Translations under genes and position numbers: made by a program
The notes under the pieces: generated by a model
The model's input: only the letters and a program-made list of their open reading frames with translations
Told to the model about the DNA's origin: nothing
Database searches by the model: none
Shown: piece by piece, positions 54,706 through 64,000 of the stretch
How the letters are laid out: each line of letters begins with the position of its first letter
How positions within the stretch are numbered: the first letter of the stretch is position 1
DNA from: Paraspadella gotoi
Taxonomy: Eukaryota > Animalia > Chaetognatha
NCBI GenBank assembly: GCA_051294375.1
Contig: JBJCIZ010000239.1
Span: 4,196,753-4,260,752, forward strand
DNA length: 64,000 nucleotides
Direction: 5' to 3'

Positions 54706-57700
54706 GAAGCCTCAAAACTCAAACAGCGAAACAAGCGTGATGACCCCGTCTGGGAACTTCATTTGTTAATTTATTTTTTTTACTTTTTCACTCATATCAA
54801 ATTATAAACATTTAAATCTTTAAATTTAAATATCAACCTAGTTTTTTCTTTATTCGCCATTTTTTGGGGATTTTGTTAATTTTTTTTTTTACTTTTTTTC
54901 TTATTATTTGTTCTTCTTTCCATTTTTTTCACCATTTTTGACCGTATTACTATATTTTATTCCCTATTTATAATTATTTCTCTCATCCTTCTTTCATACG
55001 ACACTCATTCTACTTTCTCATCTTTTTCTTTTCTTTCTCTCTCTCATCTCCATCTTCGTCTTCTCTCTTTCTCTCGTCCATCTCATCTCTCTCGTCTCAC
55101 ACTCTCTCGTTCACGTTCCGCTCTCTCTCTCCTATTCCCAAATGACTTTTCCTTTTTTTTTTTCTCTTTCACTTACTTCTCAAATTGCGGAATTGTTACG
55201 GGCGCTTGATATAGTCTCTAAAAACCTGTTTGTGTCCGGTGTCGTAAATAGAGCATCTGCGACGTCAGATCAAGCGAGGCAAACCGTGCTGCAAAATTAA
55301 AGGGATGGTGATAATGATAGAGCGGAATCCCACTATGAAATGTAATTTTTCAATAGGGGCGGGGGTTCAAAGAACATTTAAGGTCTTGAAGTTTACTTTA
55401 GGTAAACAAAAAAAAGAATTCTTTTTAAAAAAAAATCGATCTTTTAATCTGCTTTTATATGTTGCTATTAAAAATTAACAATAATTACTAGCTATATAAC
55501 TGAAAAAAAATATTTTTAATACAAAGTGCTTTACTTTTTTTGATGGATTCTGATAGAGCAAAAAAAAACGTTCAAAATAAAAAGTTTAACATGAAACTTT
55601 CAAATACAAAAAAGTGTTTATGTTTTTCTGGTTTAAGAGAATAAGAAAAGTAATAAAATTATCCGAAAAAAATGAATAGATGAGTGATAGATTAATATAA
55701 ATTAGTTTTCATTATTTTTTACATACTTAGTGATTCAAAATATTCGAAAGAAAAGAATTATACTCTTGTGTAGACACACCTTTTTGGCAAGCTAACCCTG
55801 AATCCTGAAGTGGAGTCTAAAGACAATTGACAAAAAATCCCAAAAAATTTTATTAAGCCTTTTCCTATTTAAGAATATATATTAAAAAATTAATAATATG
55901 GAGTTATGGAGTAATATTAAAAGAAAATAAAAAAAAAATTTGTCCTATTCAACATTTTTTTAAAAAAAAAAATGTCAAAATTTTTCGTTCATTGAGCAGG
56001 TGCTTAATGTCCGACAATTTCTTAACCACAACTTAGCTACAGAGTGTAGTCCTCCCCCTAGTGAATTGATCTCTCTACTCTCTCTCTCTCTCATCATCTC
56101 TCATCTCTGTCGCTCTCTCATTTCATTTCATCTCTTGGTGTTCTTTATGGTAGGTTTGTTTAAAAAATCGTCGTGATCGTCGTTGTTGGTTTGTCGTGCG
56201 GTGTGGTCGTCGCGTCAACGCTTTCGATTTTCACGAGTACAACATGAGAAAGGTAATCTCGAGTGCCAAAGCAAGTCGAGCATCAAACTTGGGGAAGATG
56301 AGAGAGAGAGAGAAAGGTAGAGAAGTAGAAGAGAGAAGAAGGAGAGACGAAAGCAGACGAAGATNNNNNNNNNNNNNNNNNNNNNNNNNNNNNNNNNNNN
56401 NNNNNNNNNNNNNNNNNNNNNNNNNNNNNNNNNNNNNNNNNNNNNNNNNNNNNNNNNNNNNNNNNNNNNNNNNNNNNNNNNNNNNNNNNNNNNNNNNNNN
56501 NNNNNNNNNNNNNNNNNNNNNNNNNNNNNNNNNNNNNNNNNNNNNNNNNNNNNNNNNNNNNNNNNNNNNNNNNNNNNNNNNNNNNNNNNNNNNNNNNNNN
56601 NNNNNNNNNNNNNNNNNNNNNNNNNNNNNNNNNNNNNNNNNNNNNNNNNNNNNNNNNNNNNNNNNNNNNNNNNNNNNNNNNNNNNNNNNNNNNNNNNNNN
56701 NNNNNNNNNNNNNNNNNNNNNNNNNNNNNNNNNNNNNNNNNNNNNNNNNNNNNNNNNNNNNNNNNNNNNNNNNNNNNNNNNNNNNNNNNNNNNNNNNNNN
56801 NNNNNNNNNNNNNNNNNNNNNNNNNNNNNNNNNNNNNNNNNNNNNNNNNNNNNNNNNNNNNNNNNNNNNNNNNNNNNNNNNNNNNNNNNNNNNNNNNNNN
56901 NNNNNNNNNNNNNNNNNNNNNNNNNNNNNNNNNNNNNNNNNNNNNNNNNNNNNNNNNNNNNNNNNNNNNNNNNNNNNNNNNNNNNNNNNNNNNNNNNNNN
57001 NNNNNNNNNNNNNNNNNNNNNNNNNNNNNNNNNNNNNNNNNNNNNNNNNNNNNNNNNNNNNNNNNNNNNNNNNNNNNGAGAGAGGGACCGAAAGAGAGAG
57101 AGGGAGGGAGTCAGAGAGACTTTTCAATAAGGAATCCAATGGGCTGAAAATATAAGGCATCAAAAGAGATTTAAAAAAAAAATAATTCTATCAAAAAAAA
57201 TGTGTCGATCGAACGTTTTTTCAAACGTCGATTTTGACCTTGAAATTTGACCCTGAAATTTGACCTTGGGGTGAAGTTTCAAATTGACATTTTTAATTAA
57301 CATGCCGCAATCATCGGTTAGTAATATATTTTATTTCCTTATTCTCGATTGATGTTTTTTTAATTGCGAAGCGAGAAATTTTGAAATCGTACGTTCTCCT
57401 TTTCTTTCTATTCATTCGATAACTTATTTTTCCCCGTACTTTGGACATGGACAGGCTTTGGCGGTTTTCTATCAAGACTCTCTCACAGTCTCGTTTATTC
57501 ACTCCCAAAGTACCTGGCTTCCAAATCAATAATGTGGTATAATGTTTATTATGATTTCTTAATATGTCTTACAGGTTCTTGTTACAATTGCTCGCCTCGC
57601 TCTTATTTCTGCCCAAGAAAAGTGCTGATCCATTGCAAGCAACTTTATGAAGGGGGTCAAACTTCTCTCTCTTTCTCTCTACTCATCTCGTTTTTTTCTC

Positions 57701-58294
57701 TTTCTTTCTTTCTTTATCTTTCTCTTTCATATCCCTGTTTTTCCCCTCTATGGAATTTCTTCTACCCTCTCTTCTCCTCTCTCTCTCTCCCGTCTCTCTC
57801 TCTCTCTCTATCTCTTTCGCGTCCCTTCCTCTCTCTCTACTCTTCTCCTGCTCTCCCCTCCTCTCATCCCTTCCATACTTTCTTCTCTCGCTCTTCCCTC
57901 CACCTCTCTCTCTCTCTCTCTCTCCCTCCCTCTCTCCCTCCGAATCCCATTTCCTGTAGGCAACGAAACCAAACAGTCGTCGTTTTCATCGAAAGATAGT
58001 TGAAAGGTAAAAGGAAGAGGAGGGAGGAAAAAGGAGGAGGAGGAAGAGAAGGAGGAGGAAGAGGGGGGAAAGAAAAAGGAGGTCGAATAACCAGGGCGAG
58101 ACGACCCAATTTTGTCTAGTCTGTTAAAGTCTGAATATGTTTCCCCAAAGCGGCGCCGTATCCGCTTCAATTTTGCAAAATTACAAGTCTGTCAAGTTCA
58201 GGTTAGGAATTTAAAGTTAAAATTGTTAAAGATAAGGATCTTCTTTCTTTCTTCTCTATCCCTCTTCACTCTCTCTCCTCTCTACTCTCTCTCT

Positions 58295-58630
58295 ATCCCA
58301 CCTCTCTGACCCCTCCTATACCTCTGAGCCCTCTAATTCCTCTGACCCTCTGATCCCCTCCTAACGCCCCTTCTGACCCTTTGACCCTCGTGACCCCTAT
58401 ATTCGCCCTCGGACCCTCTTATCCCATCGGGACCCTCTATCCCCCTGACCCCTCTATTGCCCTCCTGACACCCTCTATCCCCTCTGACCCCTATCCTCTC
58501 TGAATCGCCTCTGACTCTCTTTCTCTTCATGATTCCCTCCTGACGCCATCTACGCCTCTGATGCCCTCTGACCCCCTATCCCCCCTATCATCGGACCCCT
58601 CTATCCCCTTGACCGCCTCTATTCCTCTGA
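58295..58630. repeat. Degenerate ~9/19-bp minisatellite (CCCTCTGAC-CCCTCTATC)
   Basis: Alternating cctctgaccc / cctctatccc units; source of the RGDRG/GIEG pseudo-ORFs. Confidence 0.8.
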
Positions 58631-60409
58631 AAACCACCGACGGCATCCGTCGTGCGCACGCCCGAGGCTGAGGACTGGGACAGCAGAGTGAGGCAGCTTT
58701 AAGTCTTGCTGCCACAGGATCCCCCCACCAGACCTTCTCACAGGGCCTCAAAATCCTGATTCCCTGAGGGATGTCTGAGAGACAGAGGGTTTTGTCTCAA
58801 TTGCGCATAAGTGAGAGCCGAGCGGTGGCGAGCGAGCGAGCGAGCGAGTCTGGAGCGTTACCAAGAAAGTAGGGATAGGCGCGTGATATGCATGACCCCC
58901 TGGAAAGCGACGTAAGCGTGGGCGCACGGTGCGCAGGTCGGTTGCGTGTTCGATAGTCGGGCTCAACCACGTATGGACGACCACAAAGTTTCAGATCAAG
59001 AATGATTTATTCTTCAAACAAGGTTATAAAACATAACAAAGTCAAAATGCTCATAGATGCTAAGTCTATTACAATGGTATTTACAAAGGTCACGTTTTGA
59101 CCACAAATAAATGGGGACGCGAGCGGGGTCAAGGTTGTTAAGGTCAAGTGGTATTGACCGGAGGTTGCCATGTTCTTTCATGTACGTCCACAAGCGAATG
59201 ATTAAAGAAGCTTGGACAAACTTTTGTGTTAACGGTTGGAAATCAAAATAAACTCAAATTTCGTTTCGTGATCATTCAATAAAGTCGTACGTTATGATTA
59301 AGGATTAAATAAATTCGCTCTTTATCATAGAATGCCGGCAATATTTAATATAAAAAAATAGTTGGATAGTTTTCGCTTTCGGTTTCGTTGTTTTCAAAAA
59401 ATTAGTGTACAATGTAGAGGAGTTTTTATTTTCTTTGAAGGCAAAATCTTTAAATCAAAATGTTTGTTCAAAAGAAAATTAAAAAATAAAATTCTACTCC
59501 TGTACAGACATTATAAAAAAATAAAAAAATAAATAGGCAATTAGGCATAGCATACTATGAAGAAGGTTTTTTTTTTTTTGCGGCAATTAGAAGTCTGAAT
59601 CAAATCCAACCGTCATATTTGTATTAAATTAACTCAAATAAATTAAAATCAGCATTATTTTCAAGAAAAGTAATCTACAGGCAACTGGTTTAAAAAAATT
59701 TCAATTTTCGCAGCTAATTTTATAAAAAAAATCACTCTTAAAAATTTTTATCACTTATCAATATCAGGGTTTGGCGGATAACAGCCGGACGAACGGACGA
59801 GGGGAGCGTTTCAACTTTTTCTCTGAGATTTTTAATCTCGCCGTCCAAAACATCTAATGAAGTACTACATACATTGAGAAACGGATTTTGAAAAAAAAAA
59901 AATAATTTTAGGCCAATTCTTGAAAAACTGGGACACCGGTCTAATTGTTGGCACGCTAGGCTGAATGACTTTGCAGCGAACTTAGAAAGGACGAACATAG
60001 TTCTTGGGATGAGGCCCCAGGTCGTTCAAAAACGAGTCTCGCCCGAGACATTGCAATTCATCGACGGACCGAAGAATTGGCAACCGTCGGACGGAGTCTT
60101 CTTCGATATCGGCCCGCCAACTCACCCGACTGTCATTCCGCGCCAAAAACCTGAAAAAAAAAAAGAAATATTATCTTAAAATAAACTGAAGAGGCGTTCA
60201 AAACCTTCAATCAGTCCAGCGGGGCATTTACTGCTCTGAAAAAAAAAAAAAAAAAAAAACTATTCCGATGAACTCCAAAAAATATTTGAACTATGGAACT
60301 TGTTATGTATAAATCCATATGATTTCTTTTATAATTTAACTTTTACTAAATATATTTGAGAAAAGTTTGAAATGAATTTTCAAACAAGGATTTATTTTTA
60401 AATAAAAAA

Positions 60410-60452
60410 AATGGACATGTTTCGGCTTAATTACAAGCCATTCATCAGCATT
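60410..60452 (-). ncRNA. Minimal hammerhead ribozyme motif, minus-strand arm
   Basis: Minus strand: AATG-CTGATGA-AT-GGCTT gtaatt AAGCC-GAAA-CATG-TC^CATT (one extra base relative to the plus arm). Confidence 0.7.
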
Positions 60453-60461
60453 AAAAATTTT

Positions 60462-60503
60462 AATGCTGATGAAGGCTTGTAATTAAGCCGAAACATGTCC
60501 ATT
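60462..60503 (+). ncRNA. Minimal hammerhead ribozyme motif, plus-strand arm
   Basis: AATG-CTGATGA-A-GGCTT gtaatt AAGCC-GAAA-CATG-TC^CATT; stems I and II pair, stem III is the palindrome ACATGT. Confidence 0.85.
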
Positions 60504-60772
60504 TTTTATTAAAAATAAAATCGTTTTGTTGAAAATTCAATTTCAAACTTTCTAATAATTAAATTACAGCCCAACGAAAAGAAAGGATTATTACCACAAT
60601 AACTAAATTATATAATATATATATACCAGCGACCAGACCAGAAACGAAAGAGTCTTATGTCAGCCCGGAAATAAAAGTATAAAAATGAATGAGCGTGAAA
60701 ATTAATAAGGTGCCCAAAGAAAGATGCGATAGAAATAAGATAATATAACATGTACGCGCGAGTCAGGTTAAT

Positions 60773-60820
60773 AACAAGTTTGAGGAAACAATGTCGGATC
60801 CTGGCCCATACGATAATTAA
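60773..60820 (-). mobile_element. 3' terminus of a second HINE-family copy
   Basis: aacaagtttgaggaaacaatgtcggatcctggcccatacgataatt matches 43129-43170. Confidence 0.6.
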
Positions 60821-62429
60821 TTAATTCAATTAATTGATTTGAATTAATTATTATAATTTATATTCAGCTTGTCATCATCGATGTCCTTAAAATTGAGTCA
60901 GGACAGTTAATTAAATGTTTTGATTTACATTTTAACATCACAAACCAGATATCCTCATATATCGAGGCCCAGGGCGGCAAAGCCGCGTCCTGTCTTGATT
61001 TTGAGTTCGGTTTTTGGGAGCTTCGTCAGCGCTTTTTTGGGCAAATGCAATGGCTTCTGAAAGTGTGATATCAATAGGGAGTTGAATTTTCAATCATATG
61101 GCTTTCTAATTCATCAAGATCTTTAAAAATTCTTTCAATGTGTTCATATCAATATTCGTATTTGGTTTTATGTTTTTATATACAAAACCAAAACGTTTTT
61201 TTAATTATATGTCGCTCTCTCTCATCCTCTTTTTTCTCAAGTTCACTGCTTCTTCCTGATTTGTCTAAAAACGAGTTCGCGGCTCTTGCAGCGTCTGTCC
61301 AGCTTTCTTTCATCCCTTCTGCTCTCTTTCTCTCTGCTGCTTTTTTTTTACCAAAAAATTCGTGTTAGATATAATGTGGGTTCACTAATGCTAAAAAACG
61401 ATGCCGCGAAACCGTGCGCGAACCCGGGGTCCTTTGGGTAGAGAATAAGCATCACAGCTACGTGCGGCGCCATAAGTAAAGGGCTGGGTAGAGCTTCTCT
61501 CTCTCTCTCCCTTTTAATTATTATAATATCCGCTCTTGTCTCTTTCTCTTTTTCTCTGCAGGCGGCCTGTTGCTCTCTCCTCTTCTCTTTTTTCTCTCTC
61601 TCTGCTCCTGTCTCTCTGTGTGTGTCTGTGCCATATCTGTCCGATCTCTGGCGTACTCGTTTTGTTTTTTGAAAATTCTGGGATTATTTTTTTTCCTTCT
61701 AAAAACTTTTTATTATTGGCATGTTTTCCGCGGCGTTTTTTTCAATACCAAAATCCTCATATTTTTCAATCCGAGAAGTTTCTTCGATGGATTTATTCTC
61801 TTCTTTTTCTCTCCTCCTCTTTCTCTCTCTCTCTCTTGTTCTTTTCTCTCTCATTTTTTCCTGCTCTTCTCTCTCTCTCCTCTCTCTCTCTTATCAAACT
61901 CAACACACGCATTTGTTTGTTTTATTAACTATCATCGCATCCAATGAATGAACAATCATCTGCATGCAAGAAATGACAATCATACGGACAGTTTACACTA
62001 GGAGAATGCGATGAACCAATATATACACAGCCAGTGAATGACTATCATCGGCATCAATAATTGATTATCATCGGGAATGCAATAATCAATTCCTAATTAC
62101 ATCAATAAATTACTATTACATCACTCAATTAGTAATTACCTCAATCAATTACTATTACATCAATAATTACGTTATCGCAGTGCAATTCACGTCGTTTTTT
62201 CCCCGGTTTTTGTTCGATTAATTTTCCATATGATAGTGGGCTGCTGGGCTCGGATGCTTTGAAGTCCTTTTTAAGATTTTGGTTATTTTAATGTACTCCC
62301 TTCTCTCTCTCTCTCTCCGGTCTCTCCGTCTCTCTGCTTTCTGCTCTCTCAGCCACTCTCTTTCTCTCTCATCTCTCTCCTCTTTTTATGCAATAGCGAA
62401 CGATCCTTATGCTTTTAAGAATTTTTTTT

Positions 62430-62755
62430 AACCCTTGGCATCATTTTTTCACATTGGCATAATTTTTTCAAAACTTGCATGTCCCCGGGGTCTAAAACTT
62501 TAATATCTAGCTTCTTCACTCACTTTCCTACCAGGCTCACCAAAAATTTCATCTCAATCTATCATGGTTAAAAAAAATAAAAAGATTTCAGTAAATGTGG
62601 ACTGCATATTTTTTTTCATTTAAACTCATTTCCACGGTGACGTTTCACTGAAACTATTATATCAAAAGCGTTCGTCATACGGTTTTCCTACCAGCACACA
62701 CAAACATTATTGTCAACCTCAATCTATCCATCCCCAATTATGGATAATTGAGTAT
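62430..62755 (-). mobile_element. Body fragment of the HINE family
   Basis: ttttttca-acttg-cat units plus aaactcatttccac, gaaact-ttatatc and tctatccatcc-caattatg, shared with 43265-43665. Confidence 0.5.
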
Positions 62756-63923
62756 TTATTGGGTTAAAGATAAGTAAGATTTTAGTTCAAATTCGCAGAN
62801 NNNNNNNNNNNNNNNNNNNNNNNNACTGCGAGCGCCGCCTTCAGGGAATCCTAAAATTATAAGTAATAAAAGACGATTTCCAATGCACGGGCTTAAGTCT
62901 AAAGTCACTGCGGCGCAACACGTTGGATGAACCGATCTTGTTTTTAGATTTCCAACTCGTACAAAAATATTTTGAGCTACTATTTCTCTCAAATTGTATT
63001 CATATATTTTTTNNNNNNNNNNNNNNNNNNNNNNNNNNNNNNNNNNNNNNNNNNNNNNNNNNNNNNNNNNNNNNNNNNNNNNNNNNNNNNNNNNNNNNNN
63101 NNNNNNNNNNNNNNNNNNNNNNNNNNNNNNNNNNNNNNNNNNNNNNNNNNNNNNNNNNNNNNNNNNNNNNNNNNNNNNNNNNNNNNNNNNNNNNNNNNNN
63201 NNNNNNNNNNNNNNNNNNNNNNNNNNNNNNNNNNNNNNNNNNNNNNNNNNNNNNNNNNNNNNNNNNNNNNNNNNCGTGGCCACGCTGCCTCGCACGAAGA
63301 TGACGCCGATGACACGTTGAGGCGGCTCCGGGTCTCGGTGAAGACTATAATCACGAGAACCGGCAAGTTTAACTTTAAGGCGTTGCGCGCCACAGTGACT
63401 TTGTGTTTAACTTATTCGCAAGAAGTATTTGATGCTTTGATGCTTCTCGGTTAAATTTTTTTGGGGGGACTGATAAAGACTTATAAACGATAATAAAAAC
63501 CTTTGTTGCTTCAAACTTATTTCGAAAGGCAAGAAATAATACGATAGTGTGGCGGTATATTTACACCGCCTCACGTCCACCATCTTTCAGCCGAATCCAT
63601 TGGCTCAGAGGGGGAACATACCATCCCAGGAGTTGTGTTCCATCCACAGTCCTAAGGACTTTCTTCTGCGTTGGCAAAGCGAGACCGTCTTTGGGTAACC
63701 GCGCCAGTGACTGGAGGCGTCACTGAGCCTACAGAGGGTAGGAAGCTCCCAAGGCCAACAGTGATGGGCATCACAGGCAACCCGGCTGTTGCCATAATCG
63801 GTTAATTCTTTAAAAGTCTTCACGTGCACTGTGAGTAGTATCAGTAATAATTGTATTTCACTATGGAGAGTGCAAAAAGAAAATTTTGCCAAATATTTCG
63901 CCTTATTAAGTTAATTTTCAAGC

Positions 63924-64000
63924 AAAATAAACCAATATTACACGAAATAAACAAAACAATATAAACAAAATACACAAAATAAACCAATATTACACGAAAT
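63924..64000. repeat. Start of an A-rich ~52-bp tandem repeat
   Basis: aaaataaaccaatattacacgaaat occurs twice; truncated by the window edge. Confidence 0.6.

Larger units (their letters stand above)
60359..60553. mobile_element. ~195-bp palindrome formed by two inverted Penelope-like terminal segments
   Basis: Arms pair from the centre (~60457) out to agaaaagtttgaaat / atttcaaactttct with few mismatches; each arm carries a hammerhead motif. Confidence 0.8.

Noticed and set aside
58638-58774. Candidate minus-strand exon (IPQGIRILRPCEKVWWGD...)
   Set aside because: Good acceptor but weak donor, phase not compatible with the proposed downstream exons, and the peptide is unconvincing.
57230-59165. 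Clusters of TGACCT/AGGTCA nuclear-receptor half-sites (57232-57270, 59085-59160)
   Set aside because: Such motifs are common inside invertebrate interspersed repeats; no evidence of regulatory function from sequence alone.
61002-61030. Minus-strand gctgacgaagctcccaaaaac resembling the 39917 hammerhead start
   Set aside because: Lacks the stem II partner and the GAAA box; sits in a coding-like frame; probably chance.

Overview
Repeat-rich eukaryotic (animal-like) genomic DNA from a gapped draft assembly. Almost all ORFs in the supplied track are artefacts of (GA)n/(GTC)n/(TTC)n microsatellites or N gaps. Well-supported content: (1) a full-length Ty3/Gypsy LTR retrotransposon (CsRN1-like motifs) on the minus strand at 29404-35746, with paired LTRs, a 4-bp GGAA target-site duplication and a paralogous empty site at ~22643; (2) three minimal Penelope-type hammerhead ribozyme motifs, two of them back-to-back in a ~195-bp palindrome at 60359-60553; (3) several non-autonomous element families: a TIR element filled with degenerate TTAGGG-like repeats, a Helentron/DINE-1-like element, and a tRNA-headed SINE-like element; (4) candidate exons of an unidentified minus-strand host gene (45240-45430 is the best); (5) multi-kb direct and inverted duplications across 2.4-36 kb. 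These differ mainly by indels, and their junctions sit in microsatellites or beside 25-N gaps, so they are at least partly long-read gap-filling artefacts.
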